Positions 18,228 through 27,077 are shown, counted from the stretch's first letter. The stretch is DNA of 51,537 bases from Lentisphaeria bacterium (GCA_017629975.1 JAGBWB010000152.1:1-51537), one strand, 5' to 3'. Notes: generated from the sequence alone by a model not told the origin. Numbers and translations: made by a program.

Positions 18228-19889
18228 TTACTTGCCGCCCTTGCCGGCCTTGTCAACTCTGGCAGGAGTTGAATCGTAGATGGAAAGGAAGTCAACAGAA
18301 CCGAAGTTGGTCAGAGGCTGATTGACAACCTTGCTGCTGATGGAAACCACATCAGCATCGTCATTCTTGGCACCTGCGGCAGCCATACGGGCTTTGTATT
18401 CGCGGCGGGCAAGTTCAAGTTCCTTGGCGGCGCGGCGCTTGGCAAGTTCAAGCTCAGCGCGGATGTGAGTGATATTTTTGGCGCTGATGGAGTTGATACC
18501 CACAGCATTGAGCATACGGTAGTAAGAGACGTAGTAGTTACCGAGAGACATCAGACGCTCGATCTCAGTCTCAGCAGTGGCAAGACGGATGTGATCCAAC
18601 TGGAGCTGTGACAGGTCACCGGAACGGACAGTGCGGCGGGCCTGAGCCAGGTTCTCAGCGAAAGCCTTGTGGGTCTTGGCGTCAATGTCATAACGCTCTT
18701 TGGTGGCCTGAAGATTGGCGTGGGCGATACGGACCTGAGCCATAACAGCGATGGCCTGAGCGAAACCGCGTTTTTCATCGGCAGCAACCTGATCATTCAT
18801 GGCCATGGCTCTGGAAACGTGCACCGGGATCTTCAGCAGGTTGTAAGCAGCGCGGATACCGAGTTCCCACCAGTTCATGTGATAGAGGAAGGAGTTGCTG
18901 GAGTTGGTGAAGTCATAGAAAAGACGGACCTGGGGGAACATCATGACGATCTCTTTGCGGACTTCCAGGATGTTGATGTGACGCTGGATGTCGATTTCAT
19001 AGAGTTCAGGACGCTTGAAGAGAGCGATCTGCTCCATCAGTTCAATATCGGGCAGTTCGTAGGAGGGCAGAGAGTTCAGGTAGGCATCCTCAACGACGAT
19101 CTTGCCGGAGGGAGCCATACCCATGAGAGAGCGCAGCTCAACGCAGCTGTTCTGATAGCTGCGGACATAGTTGGTAAGGCGCTTTTCCATATCAATGAAA
19201 CGTCGGGTCTCATCAAAGGCGCGGAAGGGGTCAATCTGACCTTTCTTGCCCAGCTTCTGGATCAGCTCGTAACGGTTGCGGCACTCTTCAAGAAGGCCGG
19301 AGGTGATCTTGATGGCTTTCTGGGCGGCGGCGACTGAGAAGTAGGCGCGGACCACATCAAGAGTCAGGTTCTGGGCGGCGCGCAGAGTGCGCTGTTCGCG
19401 CATATAGACGCGATCCTGAGCCTGCTGGGTGTTGAAGAATGCAAGACCGAAGTCAAGAACACTCAAAGCAAGGTCAATGTTGAGATAGTTGACATTTCTC
19501 TCCTGGCTGGTGGAGTAACCATAGGTCAAACCGTCTTCACCGACCTTTTTGCTGGAAGAAGCGGCGGTGTTGCTGCGGAAAGTGGCAGTATCATTGATGT
19601 TGAGTTCAGGGAGCATTCCCAGCATCTCAGCGGTTCTCATTTCGCGGGCAACCTTTTCCTCAAGTTTGCTGACCTGAAGATTGAGGTTGTGTTCTCTGGC
19701 AAGGTCGATACACTCCTGAAGTGTCAGTTTTTTACCTTCCACCAGTTCACGGTACTTGGCGCCTTCAAAGTGTTTGATGGCGTACTCGGCACGCTCATTG
19801 CGGTAATCCTCCATACTCTGGCATCCGGAGAAGAGGCACACCATTGCCAACACAGCGACGCCGGCGACGATTTGATTGATTTTCTTCAT
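18228..19889 (-). CDS. TolC/OEP-family outer-membrane channel lipoprotein with a C-terminal coiled/low-complexity extension
   Basis: Lipobox (LFSGCQS). Two OEP-like repeats of long helices (LTLQECIDLAREHNLNLQ..., LRAAQNLTLDVVRAYF...). The last roughly 80 aa (AELELAKRRAAKELELARREYKARMAAAGA...KAGKGGK) extend beyond typical TolC length. Confidence 0.7.
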   Translation of the reverse strand: MKKINQIVAGVAVLAMVCLFSGCQSMEDYRNERAEYAIKHFEGAKYRELVEGKKLTLQECIDLAREHNLNLQVSKLEEKVAREMRTAEMLGMLPELNINDTATFRSNTAASSSKKVGEDGLTYGYSTSQERNVNYLNIDLALSVLDFGLAFFNTQQAQDRVYMREQRTLRAAQNLTLDVVRAYFSVAAAQKAIKITSGLLEECRNRYELIQKLGKKGQIDPFRAFDETRRFIDMEKRLTNYVRSYQNSCVELRSLMGMAPSGKIVVEDAYLNSLPSYELPDIELMEQIALFKRPELYEIDIQRHINILEVRKEIVMMFPQVRLFYDFTNSSNSFLYHMNWWELGIRAAYNLLKIPVHVSRAMAMNDQVAADEKRGFAQAIAVMAQVRIAHANLQATKERYDIDAKTHKAFAENLAQARRTVRSGDLSQLQLDHIRLATAETEIERLMSLGNYYVSYYRMLNAVGINSISAKNITHIRAELELAKRRAAKELELARREYKARMAAAGAKNDDADVVSISSKVVNQPLTNFGSVDFLSIYDSTPARVDKAGKGGK

Positions 19890-20026
19890 TCTTTCAATCC
19901 CTGTTTTTTATGTTGTCTGTTTATAAACTCTACTATTTGATTTTCCGAAAACACAAGGACAAATCCCCGAAAAGAGTGATCCCGGAAGTTGTGCTTGATA
20001 TTTTCAGTTCACTGCAACTTTCCTTC

Positions 20027-20055
20027 CCATCTTCCCGGTTCTGCACCGGGAAGAT
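20027..20055. other. Perfect 11-bp inverted repeat (CATCTTCCCGG-ttctgca-CCGGGAAGATG) 20 nt downstream of the small ORF stop
   Basis: Read directly. There is no adjacent T-run on either strand. Confidence 0.9.
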
Positions 20056-20075
20056 GAAAGTCGGGGAACGATTTA

Positions 20076-20321
20076 TTACTTTGCAGCTTCGTTCTTCTTA
20101 AGGACGCCGGCTTCAAGCAGCTTGTCGATGAGCTGCTGCATGGAGTTGTAGGCGCTCAGGAATCCCTGGGGAGGCATGATAACACGGACGGTGCTTTCGG
20201 CCACAGGAGCTTCACCTTCAGCGCCGGGCTGAAGAGTGACAAAATCAAAACGGACCATAGCTCCGGCGAAGTGGATCTGACCGATACCGTCAGCGAAAAT
20301 CTCTTTCTGACACATTTTCAC
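20076..20321 (-). CDS. Small (about 80 aa) cytoplasmic protein, possibly DUF3467-like
   Basis: The pattern ...FADGIGQIHFAGAMVRFDFV...VRVIMPPQGFLSAYNSMQQLIDKL resembles my memory of the DUF3467 family. The start is ambiguous (GTG 20321 or ATG 20315). Confidence 0.5.
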   Translation of the reverse strand: MKMCQKEIFADGIGQIHFAGAMVRFDFVTLQPGAEGEAPVAESTVRVIMPPQGFLSAYNSMQQLIDKLLEAGVLKKNEAAK

Positions 20322-20348
20322 AATACCTTTCTTTTGTTTTCTGTAATA

Positions 20349-21314
20349 TTACAGGATAAGTTTTTCCAATTCATCCTGAAGTTCTTTGGCACGCTGTGCA
20401 GCATATTTGAAACCGTCAGCGCCCTGACCGGCTTTTTTGTACCACTTCACAGCTTCATATTTATCCTGAGGAACGCCGAGTCCGCCCTCATAGCATCTGC
20501 CGATCATGAACTGTGCATAACGGTTGCCTGCATCAGCAGCCACCTTGTAAAGGGAGGCAGCTTTGGCAAGATCTTTCTTCACGCCTCTGCCGTTTTCGTA
20601 GCAGCAGGCAAGTTCGTAGACACCGTAACTGTTGCCGCTTTCGGCGGACTTCTGGAACCACTTGACAGCCTCAGCGATATCCTTTTTGACGAAAGTTCCG
20701 TTGGCGTAGAGGAGTCCCATTTCATACATGGCAGTGGAGTTGCCCTGTTTGACAGCTTCTTTCAGATACTGGTAGGCAGAGGGAACACTCTGCTGGACGC
20801 CGATCCCGTCACGGAAACAGAGGGCGACCATCAGGTAACCTGTGGCATTGCCCATGGCGGCGGCGCGGCGGTAATGGTTGTAGGCGGTCACAGCGTTCAC
20901 AGGAACGCCCATTCCCTTGGCATTGGCGAATCCCAGCCAGAGTTCACCGTCGGAGCAGCCCAGTTTGGCTCCTTCACGGAAATCTCTCAGAGCGGCAGCC
21001 ACATCTTTTTTGATGCCGATTCCGTTGAGCTTGGCGATTCCCTGCTTGACAACGGCTTCGCCGCTGCGGACCTTCCGGCCTTCAGCAAGGAGCTGATGTG
21101 CTTTGACAGTGTCGCGTTTGACGCCCCAGCCGTTGAAATAGTAGTCGGCAAGAGCAGCGTAAGCAGGAGCATAGTTGCGCTTGATGGCAAGTTCAAAGTT
21201 TTTCCGTCCGAGAGCAAAGTTGCGGGGCATCTTGACGCCTTCGGTGTAGATCTTACCGAGAGAGTAAGCTGAAACCGCATCACCGTCAACGGCTGATTTC
21301 TGAACCAGATCCAA
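20349..21314 (-). CDS. Sel1-like repeat (SLR) protein, downstream segment; no signal peptide, TTG start, same frame as the upstream SLR gene
   Basis: About 8 Sel1 repeats (A..WY.KAA..G...A...LG.CYE.G.GV). The only in-frame start is TTG at 21314, with no obvious RBS. Confidence 0.6.
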   Translation of the reverse strand: MDLVQKSAVDGDAVSAYSLGKIYTEGVKMPRNFALGRKNFELAIKRNYAPAYAALADYYFNGWGVKRDTVKAHQLLAEGRKVRSGEAVVKQGIAKLNGIGIKKDVAAALRDFREGAKLGCSDGELWLGFANAKGMGVPVNAVTAYNHYRRAAAMGNATGYLMVALCFRDGIGVQQSVPSAYQYLKEAVKQGNSTAMYEMGLLYANGTFVKKDIAEAVKWFQKSAESGNSYGVYELACCYENGRGVKKDLAKAASLYKVAADAGNRYAQFMIGRCYEGGLGVPQDKYEAVKWYKKAGQGADGFKYAAQRAKELQDELEKLIL

Positions 21315-21350
21315 ACCGGATCCGATCTTGTCGCTCTGGACATCATGAGC

Positions 21351-22751
21351 CTAGCTGATCAAAACAGAGAGCAGTGCAGTTGCGTGTTTGTTGCCCTGCT
21401 TTGAAGCCTTTTCCAAATAAGCAACGGCAGCCGTGGTGTTGCGCTGCACGCCGACACCGTCTCTCAGATAGGTGGCGTAAAGTGTCTGGGCGTAACTGTC
21501 ACCGCTCCCGGCAGCTTCAAAAGCGAGCTGGGCGGCATTGTTGTAATTGACCTTGCATCCGAGACCTTTGAAGTAGCAGAGAGAGAGATAATATTTACCT
21601 TCGGCGCTGCCTTTTTCGGCGGCATCCTTGAAATAAGCAAATGCTTTGGGGAGATCTTTAGCCACCTGCTTACCCTGAAGATAAAGGCGTCCCATCTTGA
21701 CTCTGCCGTCAAGAACGCCTCTGCGGGCAGCGCGCCCCAGCATCTCAATGCCTTTGGCGGCCTGAGCGCGGGAGGTGGAAACAAGATGGAACCCGGCAGC
21801 GGCCATGGCATCAGGATCACCGGCTTCGGCACCTTTGACCATATATCCGACCCACTCTTTCTGACCGGCCTTGCGGGCAATGTGAGCGCGGAGCGTAAAG
21901 GCGGCGGGATAACCCTGTTTCATAGCAGACTCTGCAAGAGCAGCAGCTTTGGCATCTTCGCCCTTTTTATAAAGGCAGCCGGCAGCATAGACCTGGGCAC
22001 GGGGATTTCCGGCTTTGGCAAGAGCCTCAATTTTTTCCCAGGCTTCTTCTTTATCATCCGCATCGGAAGAGTTTTCGTAATCGACCTCAGCCACAGCGGC
22101 TTCGCTGGCAGCATGTCCTTTGGCGGCAACATACCATTCCCGGGCCTGAACAGGATCATTTTTGATCATGCCGCCCTTGAAGAACCAGTCACCCAGGATC
22201 ATAGCGGCCTCTTTGTTGCCGCCGGCAGCTGCGCGGCGCAGATAGCGCAGTGCAAGAGGATGATCCTCAGCCAGGATCACTTTGCCTTTTTCAGCATAAC
22301 CTTCGAGGTAGACATGAGCCAGAAGCAGCATGGCGTTGGAAGTTCCCTGAACAGCGGAACTTTCAAGAAGATCCACAGCCTTAACCACATCCCGGGCACC
22401 GCCCAGACCTTTGAGCAGGAAATAACCGCCCCAGAACTGACCGATGGCATCCCCTTTGGCGGCAGCGCTCAGAAAAGCGGCACGGGCCTTGGGGAGAGAT
22501 GCGGCAACACCGAATCCCTCTTTGTAGCAGATCCCCAGAAGTGCTGTGGCGTAAGCATCTTTACCGTTGAGATACTGGAGCTGCCTGACTGCCGATGCAG
22601 GATTGGCTGCAACACTTGCAGGGGTATGCTCTTTCATTTTGAGAGCTGCGGAAATCTCAGCGGAAAGGGGGGAAACCGCCTTGGCGGGCGCTGCAACAAC
22701 GACCGCTCCGGCAACCATCAGAACTGCTGACAGAATATACTTCAAACTCAT
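21351..22751 (-). CDS. Secreted Sel1-like repeat (SLR) protein, upstream segment, ending in TAG
   Basis: ATG at 22751 with a GAGGT RBS gives the signal peptide MSLKYILSAVLMVAGAVVVAAPAKA, followed by multiple Sel1 repeats. The track start at 22811 adds 20 unlikely residues. Confidence 0.8.
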   Translation of the reverse strand: MSLKYILSAVLMVAGAVVVAAPAKAVSPLSAEISAALKMKEHTPASVAANPASAVRQLQYLNGKDAYATALLGICYKEGFGVAASLPKARAAFLSAAAKGDAIGQFWGGYFLLKGLGGARDVVKAVDLLESSAVQGTSNAMLLLAHVYLEGYAEKGKVILAEDHPLALRYLRRAAAGGNKEAAMILGDWFFKGGMIKNDPVQAREWYVAAKGHAASEAAVAEVDYENSSDADDKEEAWEKIEALAKAGNPRAQVYAAGCLYKKGEDAKAAALAESAMKQGYPAAFTLRAHIARKAGQKEWVGYMVKGAEAGDPDAMAAAGFHLVSTSRAQAAKGIEMLGRAARRGVLDGRVKMGRLYLQGKQVAKDLPKAFAYFKDAAEKGSAEGKYYLSLCYFKGLGCKVNYNNAAQLAFEAAGSGDSYAQTLYATYLRDGVGVQRNTTAAVAYLEKASKQGNKHATALLSVLIS

Positions 22752-22816
22752 TATTACCTCAAGACAATCAATTTTATATTTATCTTCAAAAATACCTCTA
22801 CAATAAACCATCAGAT

Positions 22817-22845
22817 ACTTTACACGATAAATGCTGATTTTTCAA
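22817..22845 (-). promoter_or_regulatory. Sigma70-like promoter for the Sel1 locus (TTGAAA-17 nt-TAAAGT)
   Basis: Minus strand reads TTGAAAaatcagcatttatcgtgTAAAGT, within a very AT-rich spacer. Confidence 0.5.
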
Positions 22846-22951
22846 GTTAAAAGCTGTAAAAATATTGATTTTTTTAAAAAATTTTCAAAAAAATATATTT
22901 TACACCCCTTTTTTTTATTTCTGAATGATTTTTCTCATTCCTTTTGTGTCA

Positions 22952-23512
22952 TCACACAAGACCATACTCTTTAAGGACACCTGTCAACCTTTCAAGGGGC
23001 AGACCGATGATGTTTTCCCTTTCGCCGCTCCAGGCGGCGCCCAGGAGTTCCGGATACTCCTGAATGGCGTAGGCACCGGCTTTATCAAGCACATTCACTT
23101 TCTCCATATACTCCCGGATCGTTCCGGTTGAAAGTTCCTTGAACGTGACCTCAGAAACCGTACTCCACGAGCGGCGCACGCCTTTTGCCGCACAGACCAC
23201 AGCCACACCGCTGATGACCCTGTGGCTCCTCCCCCCGAGGAGCGCAAGCATCTCTGCGGCTTCAGCTGCGGAAGCAGGTTTTCCAAGCATTCTGTTTTCT
23301 GCAAAGACAGCTGTATCGGCGCCGATCACAAAGGCGTCGGGAAATCTTTCAGCCACATTCTCAGCTTTGAGCAGAGCATTCTTCTCAGGCAGCTCAAAAA
23401 GCTCCTCCCCGGAGTCCAGTTCCTCAACGCATGGGGGGATCACTGTAAAGGCGGGGGTGATTTTTTCAAGCAGCACCTTGCGGCGCGGGGATTCAGAGGC
23501 CAATATAAGCAT
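22952..23512 (-). CDS. maf: Maf-like nucleoside triphosphate pyrophosphatase
   Basis: LILASESPRR...GADT...GKP...AYAIQ motifs. ATG at 23512 with an AGGAAA RBS; longer track start rejected. It overlaps the upstream gene by 20 nt. Confidence 0.85.
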   Translation of the reverse strand: MLILASESPRRKVLLEKITPAFTVIPPCVEELDSGEELFELPEKNALLKAENVAERFPDAFVIGADTAVFAENRMLGKPASAAEAAEMLALLGGRSHRVISGVAVVCAAKGVRRSWSTVSEVTFKELSTGTIREYMEKVNVLDKAGAYAIQEYPELLGAAWSGERENIIGLPLERLTGVLKEYGLV

Positions 23513-24026
23513 CTTTTTCCTGAACATGGGGGGGATTTTCGCTGCCGGAGTCCCCGTTTTCTTCCGGATTGCAGATCCAGAAGCGGATCTGCTCAAGAGT
23601 GGTTATGCCGAAACCTTTTTCAAGCACAGCGCGCAGTTTGGGTTTGAACTCATCGCAAAAGGCGGGGATCCCGGATTGATCGCTCAGAAGATAGGTGCAG
23701 TAAACTGTCAGCTGATAGGTGCTGCCTTTCCGGGTCAGCAGGATCTTTTCTGCGCTGACAGCAGGATATGCGGCAAGTTCTCTGTCTACTACTGAAGAAA
23801 TGACCTCGCGGTTGACCATGGTGCTGCCATCCTCACGGAAAACCTCAATGGCGGAACAGCGGCGGCTCCTGAAGATCAGTTTGAAGATGCCCCGGATGAC
23901 CAGAAGCAGAAGCATAAAGGCTAAAATAAGGCACAAGGCGGTTATGAATCCTTTACCGAACTCGCTCTGTGCAAAATTCTGCCACCGTGCGGGGTCACTG
24001 ATGATGTTCCAATATTTGATGATCAT
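23493..24026 (-). CDS. Membrane-anchored Asp23-associated protein (AmaP-like)
   Basis: One N-terminal TM segment (FITALCLILAFMLLLLVI) followed by an Asp23-like soluble region. It lies next to an Asp23 gene. The family call is tentative. Confidence 0.5.
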   Translation of the reverse strand: MIIKYWNIISDPARWQNFAQSEFGKGFITALCLILAFMLLLLVIRGIFKLIFRSRRCSAIEVFREDGSTMVNREVISSVVDRELAAYPAVSAEKILLTRKGSTYQLTVYCTYLLSDQSGIPAFCDEFKPKLRAVLEKGFGITTLEQIRFWICNPEENGDSGSENPPHVQEKDAYIGL

Positions 24027-24223
24027 GCTTCACCTGCAATTAAAGGCACTTTCCCCGGATCAAATTCTGTAAGGGGGGGGGCGCTTTTCCTATGATGTTC
24101 AACTCTCTTAACGGAAGACTCCGGAAGGGATCAAATGAAAATCCTTTCCGGAGTTTTCGGGCAACTTTCAGAGAGTGTCCCAAGCCGCTGTCGCCAGCTC
24201 CCCCGGAACACTCATCTGCCTCT

Positions 24224-24727
24224 TCAGGGCATGGGGATGCTGCACACAGGAGCACCCGCCGCAGCGTCTGCTTCTTCAGCGTTTTCCTCTTCCTCATCCA
24301 CAGGCTGATCGTCAATATCCTGAACAGCCACATTGACCCGTGTCACGGTCATGCCGGTGACAGACTCAATGTTGTCAATGACGGCGCGCTGGACCTGCTG
24401 GACCACATCGGGCAGACGGAATCCGACCAGAATATTGAGTTTGAGATCAATGGTCACACAGTTGTCGCCTGCAATACCGACGGTAATGGCCCGTGCCTGC
24501 ATCCGGCGGCTGCCGACGATGCTGGCAATGGCGTCAACCACGGTGCTGCCTGCCAGGCGGGAAACGCCGGGGACCTTACGGGTCGCCATGGCAACCAGAT
24601 TGGCGATAACATTTTCGTGGATCTTGATTTCGCCAAGTTCACCTTCCATCAAAGAGGTCTCAGCAGCGGCCTGAGTGTTGACTGCTGCGGGGATTTCCTG
24701 AGCATTGGGATTGTTTTCACTTTTCAT
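24224..24727 (-). CDS. Asp23/Gls24-family envelope or alkaline-shock stress protein
   Basis: IKIHENVIANLVAMATRKVPGVSRL..., followed by an acidic C-terminus. ATG at 24727 with an AAGGAGGAA RBS inside the accC 3' end (11-nt overlap). Confidence 0.8.
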   Translation of the reverse strand: MKSENNPNAQEIPAAVNTQAAAETSLMEGELGEIKIHENVIANLVAMATRKVPGVSRLAGSTVVDAIASIVGSRRMQARAITVGIAGDNCVTIDLKLNILVGFRLPDVVQQVQRAVIDNIESVTGMTVTRVNVAVQDIDDQPVDEEEENAEEADAAAGAPVCSIPMP

Positions 24728-26087
24728 GCTTTTCCTCCTTATTTGTATTCTGGGACATGCGGTCAACAAATCCGGTATCGTATTTGCCTTCTGCAAAGTC
24801 CTTGTGGCTGATGATCATTTTCTGAAAACTCTGAGTTGTCTTGACGCCGTCTATGACCATTTCATTGAGGGCGCGGCGGCAGACGGCAAGGGCCTCCTGA
24901 CGGTCGGCGCCGCAGACGATCAATTTGGCGATCAGACTGTCGTAGTAGGGGGGGATCCGGTATCCGGAGTAGACGTGGCTGTCAACGCGCACATTTCTGC
25001 CGCCCGGGGGGATGAAGAGAGAGATCTGTCCGGGACAGGGTGCAAATCCGCGTTCAGGATCTTCGGCGTTGATACGGCACTCAATGGCGTGACCTTTGAG
25101 AGAGATATCTTTCTGCCGCAGAGTCATTTTTTCTCCGGCGGCGATGCGGATCATCTCTTTGATAAGATCCACACCTGTGATCATTTCGGTCACAGGATGC
25201 TCCACCTGGATACGGGTGTTCATTTCCATGAAGTAGAACTCCCCTTCGCCGGTGTAGAGGAACTCAATGGTTCCGGCACTGGAGTAACCGGCGGCTTTGG
25301 CGGCTTTAACAGCGGCGCTGCCGATCTTTTCACGCATACGGGCATTGAGGGCGGGGGAAGGAGACTCCTCAAGAAGTTTCTGGTTCCGGCGCTGGACACT
25401 GCAATCCCGTTCCCCGAGATAGACCACATTGCCGTAGTTGTCAGCGAGGATCTGCACTTCAATGTGCCGGGGGTTGACGATGAATTTTTCCATGTAAAGG
25501 TCGCCGTTGCCGAAAGCCTTTTCCGCTTCGGTGCGGGCGGCATGGAATCCCTGGATCAGACTGGCATCATTGTGAGCGATACGCATACCTCTGCCGCCGC
25601 CACCGGCGGAAGCCTTGATGATCACAGGATATTTGAGTTTATGCGCCATTTCAAGGGCCTGTTCCTCACTGTCAAGGAGTCCGTCGCTGCCGGGGGTCAC
25701 GGGGACGCCGGCTTTACGCATGGTCTCGCGGGCAACAGATTTATCGCCCAGAGCGCGCATGGCGGCGGCGCTGGGACCGATGAAAGCGATACCGTGTTTG
25801 GCACAGGCTTCAGCGAAGTAGGCATTTTCCGCAAGGAATCCGTAGCCGGGGTGGACGGCGTCCACATCGCAGATGGCGGCGACGGAAAGGATGCGTTCAA
25901 TGAGCAGATAACTGGACTGGGGCTGAGGCGGTCCGATACAGACGGCCTCATCAGCAAGACGGACAGGCATACTGTCCGCATCAGCCTGGGAGTAAACCAG
26001 CACGGTGCGGATATTCATTTCGCGGCAGGCGCGCAGAATACGCAGAGCGATCTCTCCACGGTTGGCGATAAGGATCTTATTGAACAT
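24717..26087 (-). CDS. accC: Acetyl-CoA carboxylase, biotin carboxylase subunit
   Basis: MFNKILIANRGEIALRI..., ATP-grasp motifs, EMNTRIQVEHPVTE. Confidence 0.95.
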   Translation of the reverse strand: MFNKILIANRGEIALRILRACREMNIRTVLVYSQADADSMPVRLADEAVCIGPPQPQSSYLLIERILSVAAICDVDAVHPGYGFLAENAYFAEACAKHGIAFIGPSAAAMRALGDKSVARETMRKAGVPVTPGSDGLLDSEEQALEMAHKLKYPVIIKASAGGGGRGMRIAHNDASLIQGFHAARTEAEKAFGNGDLYMEKFIVNPRHIEVQILADNYGNVVYLGERDCSVQRRNQKLLEESPSPALNARMREKIGSAAVKAAKAAGYSSAGTIEFLYTGEGEFYFMEMNTRIQVEHPVTEMITGVDLIKEMIRIAAGEKMTLRQKDISLKGHAIECRINAEDPERGFAPCPGQISLFIPPGGRNVRVDSHVYSGYRIPPYYDSLIAKLIVCGADRQEALAVCRRALNEMVIDGVKTTQSFQKMIISHKDFAEGKYDTGFVDRMSQNTNKEEKHEK

Positions 26088-26088
26088 A

Positions 26089-26553
26089 TTACTCCAGAAT
26101 TAAAAGGACCTGACCATATTCGACCGGCTGACCGTTCTGAGCGACGATCTCTTTGACCACACCGGATTTTTCCGCCTTGATCTCATTCATCACCTTCATG
26201 GCCTCAATGATGCAGATGACAGTATCAGGGGTCACGCGGTCGCCCACCTTGACAAAGGGTTCAGCGTCAGGAGAGGGAGCCGCATAAAAGGTTCCGACCA
26301 GGGGGGATTCAATGGGAGTGCCGACAGCGGCGGCGGCGGGAGCAGCAGGGGCTGCGGCAGCAGCAGGAGGGGCGGCGGCGGCAGGAGCAACAGGCAGGCT
26401 CTGGACCGCAGCGACAGGCATGGCAACAGGAGCAACTGCGGCGGCATCACGGCGGATGCGGATGTTGCTGCCTTCGGCTTCAACTGAAAACTCAGTCAGC
26501 TGATACTCTGCCATGAGCTTCATTATGGTCTTAATGTCTTCAATATTCATCAT
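26089..26553 (-). CDS. accB: Acetyl-CoA carboxylase, biotin carboxyl carrier protein
   Basis: Ala/Pro linker and a C-terminal biotinyl domain with EAMKVMNEI (biotin Lys). Confidence 0.95.
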   Translation of the reverse strand: MMNIEDIKTIMKLMAEYQLTEFSVEAEGSNIRIRRDAAAVAPVAMPVAAVQSLPVAPAAAAPPAAAAAPAAPAAAAVGTPIESPLVGTFYAAPSPDAEPFVKVGDRVTPDTVICIIEAMKVMNEIKAEKSGVVKEIVAQNGQPVEYGQVLLILE

Positions 26554-26573
26554 TCGTTACCTCATTGTTGGTT

Positions 26574-27014
26574 TTATGACAAACGGGCGGTCAATGCCCG
26601 TATGGCCAAAGTATAGGAGTCTTTGCCGAATCCGGCGACGACGCCGATGCACGCAGAACCTGTAATGGATGTGTGCCTGAAATCCTCGCGCTTGAAAATA
26701 TTGCTCAAGTGGACCTCCACCGCCGGAAGCGCCGCCGCAAGAAGTGCATCGTGGAGCGCAACTGATGTATGCGTGTACCCGGCAGGATTGATAACGATCC
26801 CCTCAATGCCTTCAAGGGGAGCTTCACCGATGCGGCTGATAAGAGCGCCTTCGCAGTCAGACTGGAAGCAGAGGAGTTCAAACCCCAGTTCCGCGGCGCA
26901 GGCAGTGCACTCCTTTTCAATGTCCGCCAAGGTATCAGAGCCGTAGATCTCCGGTTCACGCCGCCCAAGCAGCCGCAGGTTAGGACCATTGATCAACAAC
27001 AATTTTCTGCTCAT
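26574..27014 (-). CDS. aroQ: Type II 3-dehydroquinate dehydratase
   Basis: LLINGPNLRLLGRREPEIYG...NPAGYTHTSVALHDA...EVHLSNI. Confidence 0.95.
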   Translation of the reverse strand: MSRKLLLINGPNLRLLGRREPEIYGSDTLADIEKECTACAAELGFELLCFQSDCEGALISRIGEAPLEGIEGIVINPAGYTHTSVALHDALLAAALPAVEVHLSNIFKREDFRHTSITGSACIGVVAGFGKDSYTLAIRALTARLS

Positions 27015-27077
27015 CAGAAGCTCTCCTTCCTCTTCCGATCCCTCTGGATCAGCAAAAATAATCTTTCACAGTTACAT

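Noticed and set aside
21351-21353. TAG as a reassigned sense codon (pyrrolysine or other recoding).
   Set aside because: There is only one TAG to judge from, no pyl genes in the window, and the upstream Sel1 ORF could plausibly end naturally here. Nonsense mutation or two separate genes are simpler explanations.
22752-22811. N-terminal extensions offered by the ORF track. Examples are Sel1 at 22811, grpE at 45463, rpe at 47305, queE at 17453, queC at 16744, maf at 23596, Asp23 at 24796, LMW-PTP at 50827 and the GATase at 2215.
   Set aside because: The extended starts are mostly GTG or TTG without an RBS. They run into upstream genes, promoters or terminators and add non-conserved residues. 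Internal ATG or GTG starts with GGAG-type RBSs restore canonical N-termini.
24040-24333. A 97-aa ORF in the track that spans the Asp23-AmaP spacer.
   Set aside because: It overlaps the Asp23 3' end in another frame, has no RBS, and has an Arg/Lys/Cys/Pro-rich composition with no hydrophobic segment. It is not the small membrane protein expected at such loci.
24705-26156. Long plus-strand ORFs opposite accC. The same pattern appears at 734..1603, 4638..5594, 20271..21272, 27422..28129, 37291..38307 and 49461..50363.
   Set aside because: They have the same shadow-ORF explanation. Each is antisense to a gene with unambiguous conserved motifs, and each has a Gly/Val/Asp/His-rich composition typical of antisense translation of GC3-rich genes.
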